This document shows positions 10,010 to 19,141 of a stretch of DNA of 64,000 bases, piece after piece. The position numbers were made by a program, and so were the translations under genes. The DNA is from a virus. How positions within the stretch are numbered: position 1 is the first letter of the stretch; each line of letters begins with the position of its first letter. Location: IMG/VR virus record IMGVR_UViG_3300045988_163070, one strand, 5' to 3'. Below the pieces are notes generated by a model, which did not search any database, was not told the origin of the DNA, and saw nothing but the letters and a program-made list of their open reading frames with translations.

Positions 10010-10794
10010 GATTGTTCAATAGTGGATAACAATTCTTTAGCTCGGCTAATCTGCCGACGATTAAGATATGATTGCCAGCATTTATTATACCGGGACCAGC
10101 GAAAAGCATTATACTTCAGTTGGTCTCGAATGTCCTCACTTGGAACACCACTGAAGAATAATTGTAAGCGGTTATCTTCTGTATTCTCAACAACACGAAC
10201 ATCATTGATTACGTACTCCTTTGTTTCAGTTTCTTTCAACTTCTTGGCTTTCTCCAAACGCAATTTTGCATCCCTGATTCTTGCGTTGTTATTGGTGAGC
10301 ATATAAGAAGGGAAACCATAACCGTACATAGCAGGTTTTGTAAGTTCAATCGCTTTCTCTTCTGAAAATCCCATTCCCTGCAATTGTTCAACTTTTGCAA
10401 CATCATTAAGTTTCTTACTCCGAAGTACTTTATTAGCTGCCTTCATCATGCTTTGAGATTTTTCTAACGCATCTATTTTTTCCTGCAGACGGTCTACTGC
10501 ATCATCATCTTCAAGATAGATATTGTTATTGTTCTCAGCTGCTTCAGCCTTTCGTTCAAAATACTCAGCTTTCTCTTCCAATTTAACGGATTTTCCTATA
10601 GCATTCCAAGAGCGATCTAAAAGATTACGATGTGATCTTTCTGAATGATGCCCTACGAGTATAGGCTGTCCTAAAGGGATATGTTCAACCATCTTGTGGC
10701 TCTGATCATAGACTTTAGTCGACTGGCATCTTGCCTTTCCTGCCAGTTCTCTGTATCTATCAGCTCTGGCCTCTTGTTTTTCTTTTCTGTTCAT
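10006..10794 (-). CDS. DUF3560-like protein
   Basis: 262 aa. The GQPILVGHHSERSHR motif and repeated helical halves match my memory of DUF3560. No search was run. Confidence 0.45.
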   Translation of the reverse strand: MNRKEKQEARADRYRELAGKARCQSTKVYDQSHKMVEHIPLGQPILVGHHSERSHRNLLDRSWNAIGKSVKLEEKAEYFERKAEAAENNNNIYLEDDDAVDRLQEKIDALEKSQSMMKAANKVLRSKKLNDVAKVEQLQGMGFSEEKAIELTKPAMYGYGFPSYMLTNNNARIRDAKLRLEKAKKLKETETKEYVINDVRVVENTEDNRLQLFFSGVPSEDIRDQLKYNAFRWSRYNKCWQSYLNRRQISRAKELLSTIEQS

Positions 10795-10842
10795 AATTTT
10801 ACATTACTTTGGTTTGACTTATATAAAACTGAAAGACCACAG

Positions 10843-11418
10843 CTACTTTGCCATGGTCTTATCATTAAATAATTTCGGTTCACCGATAGGAACCAGGTCA
10901 TCAAACAGACCGGGAACACGGGGAATTAATGCTTCATATTCCTCACGAAAAAACTCAATTTTCGTACGCCCCTGTTTTTTACCCTTCCTGGTATGTACAT
11001 CAAAAGTATAGGGAGGAATAGGTATAGGGTAACGCCTAACATCCTCTATCCATTTCTCTATGTCCACATCTCTTCTGTCATAAATGAAGTTCTGCAAATG
11101 ATCTGCATCCCGGTTTTTCCTGCATTCACAAAGAAGAATAACCGCTTTGCTGACAAATATCCGCCCCTTGGGTTCAGTAGCATTCTTGTTTACCAATTCA
11201 TGACCTTGCCACAATGCTTCTATCTCTTTTGTTATGATACCGAAGCAATCTTCTGCACTAATGGTATATAAACGCTTCCACACATAGTCGCGGTATCCAC
11301 TCGCCCATAATTCCAATGCAAAAAAGCCGGCTACCCCGGTATCGGCTCGCCGGATCGCTTTTTGCATTGCAGAACTCACCTCGAAGAAATCATATCCGCA
11401 AATTGTTCTAATAATCAT
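10843..11418 (-). CDS. hypothetical protein with MgsA/RarA C-terminal-like helical domain
   Basis: 191 aa. SSAMQKAIRRAD...WKRLYTISAEDCFG parallels the MgsA_C pattern (KSIRGSD...RRL..AsEDIG). Confidence 0.35.
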   Translation of the reverse strand: MIIRTICGYDFFEVSSAMQKAIRRADTGVAGFFALELWASGYRDYVWKRLYTISAEDCFGIITKEIEALWQGHELVNKNATEPKGRIFVSKAVILLCECRKNRDADHLQNFIYDRRDVDIEKWIEDVRRYPIPIPPYTFDVHTRKGKKQGRTKIEFFREEYEALIPRVPGLFDDLVPIGEPKLFNDKTMAK

Positions 11419-11446
11419 AATTTTAATTTAATGATTTGATTTTTAA

Positions 11447-11516
11447 TTGATTACATCAGTAAATTTAGCTAAAAAAGGCGGATATAGCAAACAGATTGAA
11501 CGCCATTTAAACGCCT
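11447..11516 (-). promoter_or_regulatory. intergenic repeat, diverged copy C (candidate promoter/operator)
   Basis: Shares TTACATCAGTAAA, GCAAACAG and CGCCATTT(A/T)AACGCC with the repeats at 16715 and 24106. Located directly upstream of the 10843-11418 gene. Confidence 0.4.
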
Positions 11517-11528
11517 TTTTACAAGTTA

Positions 11529-12281
11529 TTAGAATTTGAATTTGCAGGATATATTATACTGTACAAGCTGCTTTGTCTTGTCCTTTCCGTTGTTAGTAGC
11601 ACTCTTCAGGAGAATGCTATCACCAAAACTTTTCTTGATGAAAAGAATGGATCTACGCTCCTCTTCTTGGTTCCTGATTGAGGAAAGGCCACCGGCATTT
11701 ATGAAAGTATTCTTTTGCTCAAAGTTATACCGTAAATCAGTCAATATCCGGCGCTCTTTATACTTCATGTAACAGGATATCCAAAAATCTTCTTTTAAAC
11801 GGATTTCCTCATTCCACCAGGTATTTTTATTGTAAATTACTCCATAACTGCAACCGGTTATCATTTTTGAGAGAGAAAGAAAAGCTGATTCGTCATACAT
11901 CACAGGTGATATCCGGGAAGTGAAACCAAAGAGATGAACATCCATCATACTGGCCATCTCAAATAACGACTGAATGATATTAGTGATTCTATCCTTATCT
12001 TTCACACGCCCCGGTTCTCCCTTTTCGGCACAGATAGCTTTACAGGCGTGCACATCATCGTCTATCATGAAGAGTTCACCAAAATATTTCGCCATCCAGT
12101 TACGTTTAGGTATAAGGCCGATTATATCGTCTGGGTGCGTTACGATCTCACATTCCGGATTAAACTGCTGATATAAGTCTGCCTGACTCTCAGCAACACA
12201 AATAATAGGATCATTCACCAATTTTTTAGCAAACACCCGGTCATGGCGCTTATGACTTGGTATTACTATTTTGCAGGGCAT
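11529..12281 (-). CDS. possible GT-A-fold glycosyltransferase-like protein
   Basis: 250 aa. N-terminal KIVIPSHKRHDR and FMIDDDV (DxD-like) read like a GT-A core. Its start overlaps the upstream ParB-like gene by 32 nt. Confidence 0.3.
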   Translation of the reverse strand: MPCKIVIPSHKRHDRVFAKKLVNDPIICVAESQADLYQQFNPECEIVTHPDDIIGLIPKRNWMAKYFGELFMIDDDVHACKAICAEKGEPGRVKDKDRITNIIQSLFEMASMMDVHLFGFTSRISPVMYDESAFLSLSKMITGCSYGVIYNKNTWWNEEIRLKEDFWISCYMKYKERRILTDLRYNFEQKNTFINAGGLSSIRNQEEERRSILFIKKSFGDSILLKSATNNGKDKTKQLVQYNISCKFKF

Positions 12282-12906
12282 GACGGACGTCTTTTATATC
12301 AACAACATTACTCTTACTTATTTTCCCAGTTTTATAGGACTTCATGTGCTGCATATCCAGTCTTTCACGAAGCCAGTTACTATCAACTTCATTACTTGAG
12401 GTAATGATGAATAGCTCATGCTTTTCATCATATTTGGGAATAAGAGGATAGATAGCTGTATCATCTGTGATCGTATCAAACCGCTCTTTAAATTCGTCCT
12501 CTTTCTTTTCAGGATTAAACTCGATCCCCCATTCCTGAAGTTCAGACTTATTCCACTCATTTTCCATAGCGTCCATATCATTCTCACCAAAATTGACATT
12601 ATCCTTTGTAGCATACTCTCTAAGCTTCTTCACTGGAGTATCAGATGGCAAAACCTTACATGGAAGTTCTTTGTATCCAAGTTCCTTACAAGCACGTAAA
12701 CGGAGATTGCCACAAACAACAATATACCGGCCATCATTATAGGGAAATATTATAAGCTCTCTAAGTTCAAGCATTTCAGGCGAATCCTGAATACTTTTCT
12801 TCATCGCTTCAAAGCGATAATCACGGAAAAAGCGCGGATTTTTCGGTAATCCCATGAGCTGCCCCTTATTAAAATCAAGTAGGCATACTTGAATTGTCTC
12901 TGTCAT
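12250..12906 (-). CDS. ParB/Srx-fold nuclease-like protein
   Basis: ParB N-terminal domain pattern LRELIIFPYNDGRYIVVCGNLRLRACKELGY. The ATG at 12906 is preferred over the TTG at 12912 used in the track. Confidence 0.7.
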   Translation of the reverse strand: MTETIQVCLLDFNKGQLMGLPKNPRFFRDYRFEAMKKSIQDSPEMLELRELIIFPYNDGRYIVVCGNLRLRACKELGYKELPCKVLPSDTPVKKLREYATKDNVNFGENDMDAMENEWNKSELQEWGIEFNPEKKEDEFKERFDTITDDTAIYPLIPKYDEKHELFIITSSNEVDSNWLRERLDMQHMKSYKTGKISKSNVVDIKDVRHALQNSNTKS

Positions 12907-13009
12907 AACCAACTATATTAAAATCAACAACACTAACAGTCAGCAGGCAGACTCGAATTATCTCTGCCATAACCAACTATATTAAAATCAACAACACTAA
13001 CAGTCAGCA
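12891..13009. repeat. tandem direct repeat, 2 x 55 bp (period 64 bp, 2 mismatches)
   Basis: GAATT(G/A)TCTCTG(T/C)CATAACCAACTATATTAAAATCAACAACACTAACAGTCAGCA at 12891-12945 and 12955-13009. Copy 1 contains the start codon of the ParB-like gene. Confidence 0.9.
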
Positions 13010-13021
13010 ACAACGCCTTAA

Positions 13022-13318
13022 TCACCTCTCTGACTCCTCAGAGAGCAAATCTATTGCTCTCTTAATTTCACCCTCGATATCCTTACATCCGTAATGCTTT
13101 AGAAAGGCAACGGTAACTATTATAATATCAGCAGCTCTCTTTTTATATTCTGGATGATATGTTATATCATCGCACGGTAATTCTGATAGTTCGTCAAACC
13201 TCCTCCAAGCAGCAGATATTTTTAAACTGAAAGCCTTTTTGGAGGTGTTATCATTCAGATGAAAGCGGTGCTCTATTATTTTCGAAATCTTAGGAGCCAA
13301 CTTATTCAATGTTATCAT
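13022..13318 (-). CDS. small helical protein, possibly MazG-like pyrophosphohydrolase
   Basis: 98 aa. FDELSEL ... AADIIIVTVAFLKHYGCKDIEGEI resembles the MazG EExxE/D helix pattern. Support is weak. Confidence 0.3.
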   Translation of the reverse strand: MITLNKLAPKISKIIEHRFHLNDNTSKKAFSLKISAAWRRFDELSELPCDDITYHPEYKKRAADIIIVTVAFLKHYGCKDIEGEIKRAIDLLSEESER

Positions 13319-13426
13319 AAATGATTAGGTTAAATTGTTAGACTAATAATAATCTCACTCTGTTTTATACAGGCTGGTCCCTTATGTGGAACCTGTAAAT
13401 GATTCTTTTGTACACACGCATGATAA

Positions 13427-13720
13427 TTAGAGTTTTTCTTGTAACTTTTCCATTGCTTCGGTTGCACAAAGCAATGCGTAATTACTATCAACAGAAATAT
13501 ACGTTTGAATTGTAAACCAAAGCCCTAATATCCTCACTTGCAAAAAATAAGCAGTTTGGAAATTCCTTGCCTGAAATTGCCCTTCTAAACACATATACTT
13601 AGAAAGACTAAAGTAAATAGCATCTACTTTTTTAATTCTTAATTTTTTCATTCTATACTTTTGGGGATGAATATATTTTTTACTGGCCATAGAAGTATTA
13701 TCAAAACTCACTAAATTCAT
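13427..13720 (-). CDS. hypothetical protein
   Basis: 97-aa ORF in an otherwise empty 440-bp gap. Its composition is unremarkable. Confidence 0.3.
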   Translation of the reverse strand: MNLVSFDNTSMASKKYIHPQKYRMKKLRIKKVDAIYFSLSKYMCLEGQFQARNFQTAYFLQVRILGLWFTIQTYISVDSNYALLCATEAMEKLQEKL

Positions 13721-13758
13721 GAAAGACCTTAAAGAGTTTTTTATCTGCCAGCATACAA

Positions 13759-14199
13759 TTATTTATTTAGAGGGTCCGTAGTATCCAAATATTTCCTATA
13801 TTCCAATTCTGTTTTAGCAAGATTAATAAGAGTATTGACGCCTTGAAAAACCTGTTTTGCTTGATTTACTTTATTAGGATCTTCTTTCACGTCCTTTATT
13901 TGTTGAAGAACCAAGTTCCTCATATCTTGCAAAATGGTAGGATTCACGGTAGACACCTTATTCAACCGCTCATTCGCCAATATGACAACAGTGCTTGTTA
14001 TTGATCGGAAACGATTCAACTTCGAAGCTAAATCAAATATACTAAATATTAGTACTTTGCCATTGTTCAAGTATATTTCAACTTCGGTACCATCATCACC
14101 GGTACCATCACAATAGTTGAGAATTACAATTTCTTCATTCTGATAAAGGAATGGTTTATTAACCATCTCTTTTAATCTATCTATTGCATTATCACTCAT
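13759..14199 (-). CDS. hypothetical protein
   Basis: 146-aa ORF. Its start overlaps the stop of the upstream gene by 4 nt. Confidence 0.55.
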   Translation of the reverse strand: MSDNAIDRLKEMVNKPFLYQNEEIVILNYCDGTGDDGTEVEIYLNNGKVLIFSIFDLASKLNRFRSITSTVVILANERLNKVSTVNPTILQDMRNLVLQQIKDVKEDPNKVNQAKQVFQGVNTLINLAKTELEYRKYLDTTDPLNK

Positions 14200-14966
14200 G
14201 ATTTATTCTTTTTTGTTGCTTTATTAATCTGTCTATTCAAAGCTCCTTTCAGCTTAATTAGGTACTGAACATCTTCCGGGTACCGGGCATACATAGAATT
14301 TTCATTTTTTAGTTGTTCCGAGCGACTAATCATGTAAAGGTTCTCAATAGAAGCATTCTGTCTATTGCCATCTTTGAACTGAATATTGTAGCCAGAAGGA
14401 ATTTCACCATTATATTCAACCCATACGAGCCGATGTTTCGGCTCAAAGACATTCGGTTCAGCAGTTTTCACTTCAATATAACCGTCACGGGTTATACGTT
14501 CATGACCAACCGGCTTATGATTCTTTGGAATGTGTCCTTTCCGGAAACGTGTAGCCTTAGTTTTTTCAATTTGGGCATCAGACATATATTCTGTTTGCTT
14601 ACGTCCCTTATTCATTGGTTGATGTCCTTTGGGGAAGAAACCCTTTGAAGAATGTTCAAACAAGAATTTTGCAGACTTTCTCAATTTCATTTTAAAAGCA
14701 ATGCCACTGACAGCACTTTCTGTTGAGCTAAGAATTGAAGCTATTTCAAGATTTGTATGATCTGGATAAAGTGTAATCAATTTTTCCTTTCTATCCGGAC
14801 TCCATGTTCTTACATTGGGGGAACGTTTCAATTTCCGTTTTAAAGCCTTACTCTTGATAGCCTCACGTGATTTTCCAAGACGCTCTGCAAGTTCATTCAA
14901 ATTAGCGGTTGAAAACTCACTATCAAGGATAGCGAGTTGTTCGTCAGTCCAAGTTTTCATAAGCAT
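14196..14966 (-). CDS. HNH homing endonuclease (HNH_3-like)
   Basis: 256 aa. HRLVWVEYNGEIPSGYNIQFKDGNRQNASIENLYMISRSE is the typical free-standing HNH_3 motif. N-terminal HTH-like repeats are present. Confidence 0.75.
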   Translation of the reverse strand: MLMKTWTDEQLAILDSEFSTANLNELAERLGKSREAIKSKALKRKLKRSPNVRTWSPDRKEKLITLYPDHTNLEIASILSSTESAVSGIAFKMKLRKSAKFLFEHSSKGFFPKGHQPMNKGRKQTEYMSDAQIEKTKATRFRKGHIPKNHKPVGHERITRDGYIEVKTAEPNVFEPKHRLVWVEYNGEIPSGYNIQFKDGNRQNASIENLYMISRSEQLKNENSMYARYPEDVQYLIKLKGALNRQINKATKKNKS

Positions 14967-14987
14967 GTCAATAAAGAGAGGAAACCG

Positions 14988-16703
14988 TCAGGCTTCCTCT
15001 GTATTATCGTTATCAAGATCCTTTAATCGATCATTGAGTTTCTTTTGCTTTTTCTCCAATGAAGCATTTAGTTTTTTTCCTAATGCAAAGTACTCATCAG
15101 GATATTGTTCGTGGAACAGAATATTTTGGCATTTTTGCATATACGGATAAAACATCACATCATTAGCAGAAAGACTATTTGCGATGAAAGCCCGATACCA
15201 TTGATCCCGATCAGCTTTATTATTTTTGACGTATTCGACAAAATCTGATTTTTTATCGTACCTGCTTAATTGCAAGGTTTTCAGGTAGCCATCATCGCAA
15301 CTACGCAGAACCATCACATCAAAAACTGTCTGTTCATCAATAGAAAGCTCCTTTTTACGCTGAAAGTATGGCTTTTCTTGCGCCCATTTGCGCATTTCCT
15401 CAGCGCTTTTCTCAATGACAATTTCTTTATTCCTCTTTAACTGAGCTTTTATTTTCTCACGTTCTATTTCTTTAACATCTGCAACTGCTGTAGTTCCAGA
15501 AGCAATATCTTTTCTAACATAGTAGAAATTAACTTTAAATTCCGGATAATAATAGCCAAAGAATGAGATACATCGATAAACATCGCCATCATCAATCATT
15601 TTCAAAATACGTTCATCATCTTCCGAATACCAGCACTGCCCTTTAAAAACTTCATCCGGATTGACCACTGTAAACCCAAGTTGTTTAACAGCGTCTAAAG
15701 TACTTTCATACTGCTTCTTTTTTTCATCACTCCAATAAGAATCAACTTTTGCAACAATTACTGTTTTTCCGAATGAAAGAGGTTCACCTACCTTTACAAG
15801 ATTTTCACTTTCAAGCAGAATCTTCCGAACTACATACGCAATCCGCTTTTTATTAAAACAAGTAGCATTAATACACCGGGCGTCTTTATTGTTCATCTCA
15901 TAGAATAGACAACCATGATTACAGGTATTAGATTCACATTGAGAACATGGTTTAAATTCTCCATTTTCCCAATTATCAGCCTCCTCTTCAATCCAATCGG
16001 CTTTTTTAAGTTCCATAAAAGAATTACTCACATAATCCCGAATCATAGCGGTCGTGCATTGTTCATCTTCTTCCTCATGAAACTCTTTTTGAGTTTCTTC
16101 GTCAAGTTTTGAAAGAATCATTGCACCGGATAATGGGATATCTCCATTTCTTACACGTTCTTTCAGTTCCGGAATAAGACTATTTAGCTTTATACGATCA
16201 AAGACAAAACGAGCAGACTTTCCAAATTTAAGGGCAATATCCTCATAACTACGCCCTCTCTCTGACAGCTGCGCAAAAGCAAAAGCTTCTTCGATGGGAT
16301 CGACATCTTTTCTTTGAAGATTCTCAGTAATCATTGCATCGAAAGCCTCGTCATCTGTCATCTCTCTGACAATGCAAGAAATTGTTTGAAACCTTTCTGA
16401 CTTTTTACGATGTGCCTTGATTTTAGCAGTATTCTCTTCATCTTCCTTTGCTTTCAAGAGTGATACAGCACGGAAGCGGCGCTCACCGCAAACAATTTCA
16501 TACGAACAGGGGATTGTTGTGACATCTCCTGTTTCCAAGTCAGTAAAGTCCTCGGATTTAGCTACCCTAACGGTTATAGGCTGCAATAAGCCTTGTTTCT
16601 CAATGTTATTTGCAAGCTCTTTCAGAGCTGCTTCATCAAAAGTCTTTCTCGGATTCAAAGGAGAAGGACTGATAAGGTCAATTCTAATGTTTTGTACTTC
16701 CAT
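14988..16703 (-). CDS. ParB N-terminal domain protein (large, 571 aa)
   Basis: IDLISPSPLNPRKTFDEAALKELANNIEKQGLLQPITVR ... VCGERRFRA is the classic ParB/Spo0J N-terminal box. Confidence 0.8.
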   Translation of the reverse strand: MEVQNIRIDLISPSPLNPRKTFDEAALKELANNIEKQGLLQPITVRVAKSEDFTDLETGDVTTIPCSYEIVCGERRFRAVSLLKAKEDEENTAKIKAHRKKSERFQTISCIVREMTDDEAFDAMITENLQRKDVDPIEEAFAFAQLSERGRSYEDIALKFGKSARFVFDRIKLNSLIPELKERVRNGDIPLSGAMILSKLDEETQKEFHEEEDEQCTTAMIRDYVSNSFMELKKADWIEEEADNWENGEFKPCSQCESNTCNHGCLFYEMNNKDARCINATCFNKKRIAYVVRKILLESENLVKVGEPLSFGKTVIVAKVDSYWSDEKKKQYESTLDAVKQLGFTVVNPDEVFKGQCWYSEDDERILKMIDDGDVYRCISFFGYYYPEFKVNFYYVRKDIASGTTAVADVKEIEREKIKAQLKRNKEIVIEKSAEEMRKWAQEKPYFQRKKELSIDEQTVFDVMVLRSCDDGYLKTLQLSRYDKKSDFVEYVKNNKADRDQWYRAFIANSLSANDVMFYPYMQKCQNILFHEQYPDEYFALGKKLNASLEKKQKKLNDRLKDLDNDNTEEA

Positions 16704-16714
16704 AATTTAATTAT

Positions 16715-16805
16715 ATTGGTTTGGCTTTTAGTTTATTACATCAGTAAAGTTATCGTAAAATGACAAGTTATGCAAACAGAGACTTCGCCATTTTAACGCC
16801 ATTTT
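16715..16805 (-). promoter_or_regulatory. conserved ~91-bp intergenic repeat, copy A (candidate promoter/operator)
   Basis: Near-identical to 24106-24196 (about 6 mismatches plus a 1-nt indel). In gene sense it contains tandem AAATGGCG half-sites, TTTG, then about 20 nt later TAACTTTA (close to the Bacteroides -7 TAnnTTTG), then AAGCCAAACCAA about 15 nt before the ATG. Confidence 0.5.
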
Positions 16806-16993
16806 CATTCGGGCTTATTCCGTATTTGGATGAAGCCACGTCTTTCCGTTTCTCGAAGAAGTTCTAAATCTTCTTCCCGTATTTCAGCAGGAGTTTCACC
16901 GTTCACACTTCGATAAGTTCCAATACCGAAACGATCTCTGATACGAGCAACCTTATCCGGGTCTTTAGTAACCCAGTAAATTGTGACTTTCAT
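16805..16993 (-). CDS. small hypothetical protein
   Basis: 62-aa ORF tightly packed after the DnaC-like gene. Confidence 0.45.
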   Translation of the reverse strand: MKVTIYWVTKDPDKVARIRDRFGIGTYRSVNGETPAEIREEDLELLRETERRGFIQIRNKPE

Positions 16994-16998
16994 AGCAA

Positions 16999-17787
16999 CT
17001 ATATTCTACGGCTCTCGCCACATAAAGGGAGAACATTAAACGTCTTGAAACGATCTACTAATCTTGGTCCGAAACGTTTCTTAAATTCGTCTATACCAAG
17101 ATTCGAAGTTATATGATACTTCTTACCGTATTGTTGAAAAATCTCATACCGGGCATAAAGAAATTCATCAATAACAGAATCAAGACTGGTACCATACGAT
17201 TTTTGATTCTCCGTTTCCAGGCCGATATCGTTCAAGCAGATGTTAAAGGGATTTGGTTTAAATCCTTTGGATTGATTTTCATTGTAAGTGTACAAGTCAA
17301 TATGCCCATGAATTTTATAATAGTTCATCATTTGAGTAACAGACAAATTTTCAAAAGCATTCGGATTACAAGTGAGCTTCAGATAATCGGAAAAAATCTG
17401 CATTAACATTGTTTTCCCGGTACCAGGTTCACCAATAAGCAAAAGATTCTTATGAACCTTATAATCCTCTTCAGGAAACACATTTTGAGCATACCGGCAT
17501 CCATTGAAATAATACAGAAGAAACTGAATTAGTGTAGAGTTGTTGTCATCAACATCAAACTTTCTAAACTCACGTTCTGTATAATCCGCGCCAAGGTTAG
17601 AAATTAAACTCCAATGGCTGTAATACTCTTGTGTGTCGGTCAAGTCATACTCAGAAACGTCCAGAATACTTGCCTTGTGCCTTTGTATCAGATTCTCTAT
17701 TTGTCGAATTGTCAGCTTGCGCTTGCCGGCTTCCTTCTCCATCAAACTTTGAAGTTGGTTTGATAGATCCTTTTCCTCTTCCGTCAT
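16999..17787 (-). CDS. DnaC/IstB-like AAA+ helicase loader
   Basis: 262 aa. Walker A LLLIGEPGTGKTMLMQIF. Located downstream of a replication-initiator-like gene. Confidence 0.75.
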   Translation of the reverse strand: MTEEEKDLSNQLQSLMEKEAGKRKLTIRQIENLIQRHKASILDVSEYDLTDTQEYYSHWSLISNLGADYTEREFRKFDVDDNNSTLIQFLLYYFNGCRYAQNVFPEEDYKVHKNLLLIGEPGTGKTMLMQIFSDYLKLTCNPNAFENLSVTQMMNYYKIHGHIDLYTYNENQSKGFKPNPFNICLNDIGLETENQKSYGTSLDSVIDEFLYARYEIFQQYGKKYHITSNLGIDEFKKRFGPRLVDRFKTFNVLPLCGESRRI

Positions 17788-18517
17788 GGTCTACTAATTC
17801 ATTTTTACGCTCTTCACGTACATGATCCAATATCCAAAGGTTAGCCTTGGATTCCCAACGCTCAATTTTCACCCCATTAGCATTTTTCCACCCTATCGAA
17901 TCAAAATGATTGAAAAATATCTCTGCATGTTCGTGCCAATCAGATAACCGTTCAGGTGCATTTTGACTGATAAAGTATTGAATAACGTCATCAAGCGTAG
18001 GATTTATTAATTCTTTCGCAATCCTTTTAGGTTTCTCAAGTTTAGGAACCGGAAAAAGCTCGCCAGAGTTGCTTTCTTTCTTACCCCCTTTAGGGGGTTC
18101 TTTCTTTGTCTTAGTCTCTGTCTTATATTCTTCTTTAGGGGGTATGGGGGATCTTTCTTGTAAAGGTGTCCCTAAAGGGTGACCTAAAGGTATCCCTAAA
18201 GGTTGCCGTAAAGGTGGTATATTTTGCATACCTTTTTGTACACCTTTTATCGAATACGTTGATTTATTGCCTCTTCCATTGCCTTGTTTACATTCAATAA
18301 GACCTGCTTGAACTAATCTATTTCTGGCAGACTTGAATACTTTCACTGACACTCCCACGTCAGATGACACCTTTGTATCACTACGTGTCCAGTTATCCTC
18401 CCAGCCTAAACGATTCGCAATTTTTAGCAAGTAAAAATAAAGCCTCGTTTCACAGCAGGAAAATTGCCAACCTTCATCAAGTTCCCAAAATCTATTGATA
18501 AGTTCAATATAGGTCAT
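17651..18517 (-). CDS. replication initiator / replisome organiser-like (N-terminal wHTH)
   Basis: 288 aa. N-terminus RLYFYLLKIANRLGWEDNWTRSD...ARNRLVQAGLIECKQG has a DnaD/phage-O-like winged-helix pattern. A P/G/K-rich linker follows. The last 137 nt overlap the loader gene. Confidence 0.5.
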   Translation of the reverse strand: MTYIELINRFWELDEGWQFSCCETRLYFYLLKIANRLGWEDNWTRSDTKVSSDVGVSVKVFKSARNRLVQAGLIECKQGNGRGNKSTYSIKGVQKGMQNIPPLRQPLGIPLGHPLGTPLQERSPIPPKEEYKTETKTKKEPPKGGKKESNSGELFPVPKLEKPKRIAKELINPTLDDVIQYFISQNAPERLSDWHEHAEIFFNHFDSIGWKNANGVKIERWESKANLWILDHVREERKNELVDHDGRGKGSIKPTSKFDGEGSRQAQADNSTNRESDTKAQGKYSGRF

Positions 18518-18996
18518 ATCAATTTATAATAATTCCGTAAGACATCATTTATGTAAGGCTGAGGATCGGCCCTCAAATAATTGCAGACACTATTTATGAA
18601 CTCAATCAATCCATGACAAACGGCATATTCACTACCATATTTTTCAACTAACCCTTGCCACTCCTTCTGTGCTGATGATTGTATCCCGCCGCCCTTTCCT
18701 TTTATGCGAGGCGTTTTCATCTCAATACAGAGACTACATTTACCACCTCGAGGGAAAAGAAGAATTAAATCGGCAACTCCGGCAATTGCGCCTTCATACT
18801 TCCGCATAAAACCACTTTTCTTAGTTCGCGTACCACCATTGGGTATAGCAAACAATAATCCGGCAACATTGGGAAATGTGTTCCTAAACCATTCAACGCA
18901 TATATGCTGAATCTTAGTTTCAGAATACTTAGCTTCCAGTTTCTTAATATCTTCTTCAGTCATTTTTCTTGTTTTTTGAGATCGTATGACATTCAT
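18514..18996 (-). CDS. VRR-NUC domain nuclease
   Basis: 160 aa. GVADLILLFPRGGKCSLCIEMKTP gives the D...E-x-K core typical of VRR-NUC. Confidence 0.75.
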   Translation of the reverse strand: MNVIRSQKTRKMTEEDIKKLEAKYSETKIQHICVEWFRNTFPNVAGLLFAIPNGGTRTKKSGFMRKYEGAIAGVADLILLFPRGGKCSLCIEMKTPRIKGKGGGIQSSAQKEWQGLVEKYGSEYAVCHGLIEFINSVCNYLRADPQPYINDVLRNYYKLI

Positions 18997-19141
18997 TGAG
19001 AAGATCTACAATCTGTTTACACCTGTTCCGGCAACCGATAAAGGATATGATTGTAACCCATTCCGGCCCGAACAGCATTTCTTTTTTATATTCCTGAATA
19101 TGAGTGTTACCTCCGTTCACTATTAATCGGAATGGTTTCAT
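18956..19141 (-). CDS. small hypothetical protein
   Basis: 61-aa ORF bridging the SNF2 and VRR-NUC genes. Confidence 0.35.
   Translation of the reverse strand: MKPFRLIVNGGNTHIQEYKKEMLFGPEWVTIISFIGCRNRCKQIVDLLNECHTISKNKKND

Noticed and set aside
9863-10306. 147-aa plus-strand ORF.
   Set aside because: It is antisense to two well-packed minus-strand genes (9665-10009 and 10006-10794). Its Ser/Arg-rich composition is typical of antisense translation.
12891-13009. Possible CRISPR array or iteron array.
   Set aside because: There are only two repeat copies and a 9-bp gap, with no spacer-like unique segments. No cas genes occur anywhere in the window.
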